From NCBI RefSeq assembly GCF_016432865.1, contig NC_067402.1, positions 292,888,001 to 292,952,000 of the forward strand: 64,000 nucleotides of DNA. Reading direction: 5' to 3'. A program made the translations under genes and the position numbers. Source of the stretch: Antechinus flavipes (lineage: Eukaryota). Under the pieces are notes generated by a model that was not told where the DNA came from, made no database searches, and was given only the letters and a program-made list of their open reading frames with translations. This document shows positions 60,100-64,000 of this stretch, piece by piece. Each line of letters opens with the position of its first letter. Position 1 is the first letter of the stretch.

Positions 60100-61760
60100 T
60101 TTTAGCTAGCTATGTTGCAAAAAAAACCACAAAGAAACTGGTAAAAGAAAAAACTTATATTTCATTCTGAATACAGAACATATCACTTTTCTCTCTGGAG
60201 GTGGATAGCGTTTTATGTCATGGGCCCTTTGGAATTGTTGCGAGTTGTTGTCTGGATCAGGGTAGCTAGCAAAGTCTTTCCTGGTTTGTTATTATTGCAA
60301 TATTTCTGTTCCTGGACATAACGTTCTCCTGGTTCTGCTCACTTCACTCGGCATCAGTTCATTTAAGTCTTCCCAAGTTTTTCTGAAACCATTCTGCTTG
60401 TCATTTCTTACATCAAGACAGTATTCCATGACAATCAGGTACCATAACCATAACCATAACTCCCCAATTGATTCCATACTCAATTTCTAATTCATCATCA
60501 CCAGAGAAAAGCTGCTTCTATAAATATTTTTGTGTAACTAGATTTTCTTTTTCTGTGATCTCTGGAATACAGACCTAATGCTATGCTATATTAAAGGGTA
60601 TGTAACCATTTTATAGCCATTTGGACATAGTTCCAAATTATTCTCCTGAATGATTAGATCAGGTCACATCTCTTTCTGTGTGTGTGCGTGTGTGCGTGTG
60701 CACATATTGTTTTATTACTTTTTTTTATTAAAGCTTTTTATTTACAAAACATACATGGGTAATTTTTCATCATTGTCAGGTGACATCTCTATGAATAATG
60801 TATTTGTGTGCCCATTTCCCCACATCGATAGGTGTGAGGTGCTATTTCAGAGTTGTTTTAATTTACATTTCTCTAATCAGAAGTGATTTAGAGCATTTTA
60901 ATATGATTATTAATAGTTTTAATTTCTTCTGAAAATTGCTTGTTCATATTCTTTGACATTTGTTAAGAGGGAAATAGCATCTTAATTTTTATAAGTTTTG
61001 CTTAGTTCCCTAGATTTTTGAGAAATGAGACTTTTATCAGAAACCCTTGCTGTGAAGTTTTGTTTCAAGTTTTTTGTTTTACTTCTAATTTTGTCTGCAT
61101 TAGTTTCATTTATGTAAAAACCTTTTAATTTTATATAATCAACATTTCCCATTTTACATTCCGTAGTACTCTTTATTTCTTGTTTGATTAAAAATTCTTT
61201 CCTTTTCCTTAGATCCAACAGAACAGATTCTGTTCCCTTAATTAGCTTACAATATTGCCCTTTTTGTCTAAACCACGTAGCCATTTTTGACCTTATCCTG
61301 ATATGATATGATATGACTAATATCTGTTAGTCTTTCTTAGTTTCTGCCAAACTGTTCTCTAATTTCCCCACCAATTTTTGTCTGACAGTGATTTCTTATT
61401 CCAAAAACTTGCTTCTTTGAGTTTGTCAAATGCTAGATAACTAGTGTTATCTAGTTATCTGTCTGGCCATTTACTACCATGTCTTATATACATAATCTAT
61501 TCCACTAATCCACCACCTTATTTCTTAGCTGGTACCAGATTGTTTTGATGATTACTGCTGTGTGATATAGTTTGAGATATGGTATTTTGAGACCATCTAA
61601 TTTCAACTTTTTTTTTTTCATTGATTCCCTTCGTATTCTTGACCTTTTGATCTTCGAGATAAATTTTGTTACCGTTTTTTTAAGCTCGTGTTTGGTCGTT
61701 TAATTGGTATGGCGCTGAAGAAGTAAATTAACTGAGGTAGAATTGTCATGTTTATTTTAT
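60100..61760 (-). mobile_element. Old L1 ORF2 3' region
   Basis: Reverse-complemented L1 ORF2 motifs (GTTTTGATGATTACTGC, CTTTTATCAGAAACCCTTGCTG). Confidence 0.75.
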
Positions 61761-62279
61761 TGGTAAAGTTTAAGTGACTTGTTCAAGACCTCACAACTAT
61801 TAAGTGTCTAAGACAGGATTTGAACTCATCTTGTTCTTTTGACAAAATCATGTATCTACTGAACCACCTAAATTGCTCCATCTTCCCAGAGCTTGAAGCC
61901 AGATCTGCTGCTACAGGACCAATTTTATTTCTACATGATTTCCCTGGCAAGAAGGAGAGGGATGGGAAGGCTGAGGGTGTGGCGGGTATTATTGGGAAAT
62001 ACACACAGACAACAGGTATTGATGAGCAGTCTGGGGTGAGCTGAGGACCTCCGAGGAGGATCCAGGGGGTGGTGGTGGGGGTACCTGACAAGAAATCCCC
62101 AACCGTCCGAGCTAGGATGGGCCAGCCTGGGGAGAAGCACTGTTAGGCAGGCAGTGGAGGTTTGCTGCCTGCGCTGGGCTCCTCATGCTACCAGTCCCCG
62201 TTTGTTGACACCCCATTTGATGAGGGTGGGCTGGGCCTTCTAATTCCATTCTTTGTGCTTGTTTCCAGTTGCCAAGAGG

Positions 62280-63230
62280 ATGAGGCATTCTCTGGAGAAT
62301 TCCGTCCTCTCCGAGGACCCCGTGAGGATGACAGCCCCCATGCTGCCCCAGCAGCCCCTCCCTGAATGGCTGGCGGCATTCTCCGCTTCAGGGCCCGAGG
62401 CCGGCCAGCAGTCTGCCCATCACCCTGCTTCATTTTATCCGGAGGGACACCTTGAGTACCTCGATTCCACGGCTGTGGCAGACTCTCTCCTGGAGCTGGC
62501 TCGATCTGTTCCTTTGCCTCTGCCTCATCTGGGAGCAGCCCAGGGGCTTTCCTTAGAGGCCCACCAGCCCTCCTCATCACCCGGGCGGCTCCAGCCCTGC
62601 CAGGAGGTTACCCTAGGGCAGCTGCATGTGGCTGTCTGGCCTTCTCCGGAGAAGCAGACCCAGCAGGACAGCGGGCCCGGGCCTTTTGACATGGCTCAGC
62701 CCCTGAAACGGAGAAAGCTCGACTTGTCTGGTGAGGATGCTTCACCCCTGAGGTCGCCATTGTCCCCGAGCCCGCTTCCCCTCGGGCAGACCTCGCTGCC
62801 GCTACCCAGTGCGTCCCTGCTCCCCGAGCTGTTGACAGTGGACAGCAGTCAGCTTTACGACCACGGACTGGAGCCTACCTCGGCCATGGGCCCGCTGCTC
62901 GGCGTGGATTCTTGGTCTGCGTTCCCCACGCTCAGTGTTGGCCCGGAGGCTCATGCCATCTCCCTCCCTCCTGCTTCCCCAGCTCTTTGTGAGGGGCTTC
63001 CCATGAGGGCACTGCCTGGGGATGGGTTTTTGCTGAGCCTCGAGGGAGGCAGCGAGAACCTGAAGGATGCATCAAGGCCCGGGAAGAGCGTTCAGGACCC
63101 GTCCACCCTGGTTTCCTCTAGCTTTCCGGAGGACTTTGTAGATGCCAGTGTTTCCATCCCTGTCCTGGGCCAAGGAGGAGAAAGACCCTGCCCCCCACCT
63201 CAGTACTGGACTCCCGAGCAGATGCTGCTA
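62280..63230 (+). CDS. Large first coding exon (317 aa) of an unidentified Pro/Ser/Leu-rich, probably nuclear protein; gene continues beyond
   Basis: Branch-like CTAAT (~62240) and TTCTTTGTGCTTGTTTCCAG| acceptor (exon starts 62269); ATG 62280 with A at -3; 951 nt open; donor CTA|GTAAGT at 63230/63231; NLS-like PLKRRKL; no family recognised. Confidence 0.7.
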
Positions 63231-64000
63231 GTAAGTGTTTCCCCGTCAAGTCCAGGACCCCAGGCCAGTGCTAGGCTGGGACGCTGCCCCCAAGCTCTAG
63301 GTGGCCTGGGGTTCCTTTTAGAGGCAACTTCCTGCGTGGGATGTGGTGGATGGTGGGGACTTCCCTTTGGATCCCCAGCAGTGACCTGGGAGGAAGGAAG
63401 GAGGGAGGGAGAGGAGAGAAAAGTGTGGAAAAAAAGTGGGTAGAAAGGGGAGGAGATGGGTGGTTGAAAGGGGAGGAGATGGGTGGTTTCTGGATGGACT
63501 CTGTCTGGGGCTGGCCCTGTCCTGGACCCCCCTGCTCTGGGTGGCCCTCCTGCTTGTGCCTGAGGGGGTGGCAGGCCCAGTGGGTGTGCTGACTTCTGCC
63601 AGGCTCTCCATGGGATGCCCTCGGGGGCTCCATCTTTGCTGTGTTCACATACCTTTTGCTTTGGGGGCTCCCCTTGGACTGGGCCAGGACTCAGAAGCTC
63701 CCTGGGCACTAGCCCTGTCATGTTAAAGATGGGGAGAAGAGCTGGGGTGTAGACAAAGCAGGGCCTTAGGCACTGCCCCCAGCATCCTCCAGTGAGAGGC
63801 GGTGATTGTAACCAGCCAGACCTCCCTTCCAATAGGAGGTGCCCCCAAAAGGATTGCAGGTCTGTCAGTGATGAAGAGTCCTTGAGCTTGGCCCTGCAGA
63901 AAAGAGGGGATGTCTGGAAATTGGGAAGGGCAAAGATTAGCGGGGCAGGGCCTGAGAAGCATAAAGCTTCTCAGCTTCCCTGAGGAGCTGGAAAAGTGGC

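Noticed and set aside
63231-63443. C-terminal 70 aa of the 396-aa ORF
   Set aside because: Follows a consensus GTAAGT donor and becomes G-rich intron-like sequence.

Overview
Mammalian genomic DNA, not microbial. The repeat families (MAR1/WSINE-type SINEs, RTE, old L2 and L3/CR1, marsupial-type L1 3' ends) point to a marsupial, probably an Australian one (inference). The clearly identified gene is PANX2 (pannexin 2) on the minus strand, with three coding exons (31842-31617, 20189-18744, 12001-11640) that splice in frame to 677 aa and a 3' UTR ending near an AATAAA at 10055-10060. Just downstream of PANX2 is an intact, intronless, very GC-rich tetraspanin ORF of the TSPAN6/TSPAN7 clade (3985-4761, +). 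It is the best novelty candidate. It appears to be driven from a ZNF143-motif bidirectional CpG-island promoter (~2.0-2.3 kb) shared with a leftward gene, expected by synteny to be TRABD. At ~55.1-55.4 kb a second CpG-island promoter with six co-oriented CCAAT boxes and a YY1 motif starts a + strand gene whose large coding exon (62280-63230) I could not identify; human synteny predicts MOV10L1 on the other strand there. The rest is mostly LINE/SINE/DNA-transposon remnants, several minisatellites, an inverted (GT)n/(AC)n pair, one young TSD-flanked L1 and a 128-N assembly gap. Repeat family names and boundaries come from recalled consensus similarity, not a database run.
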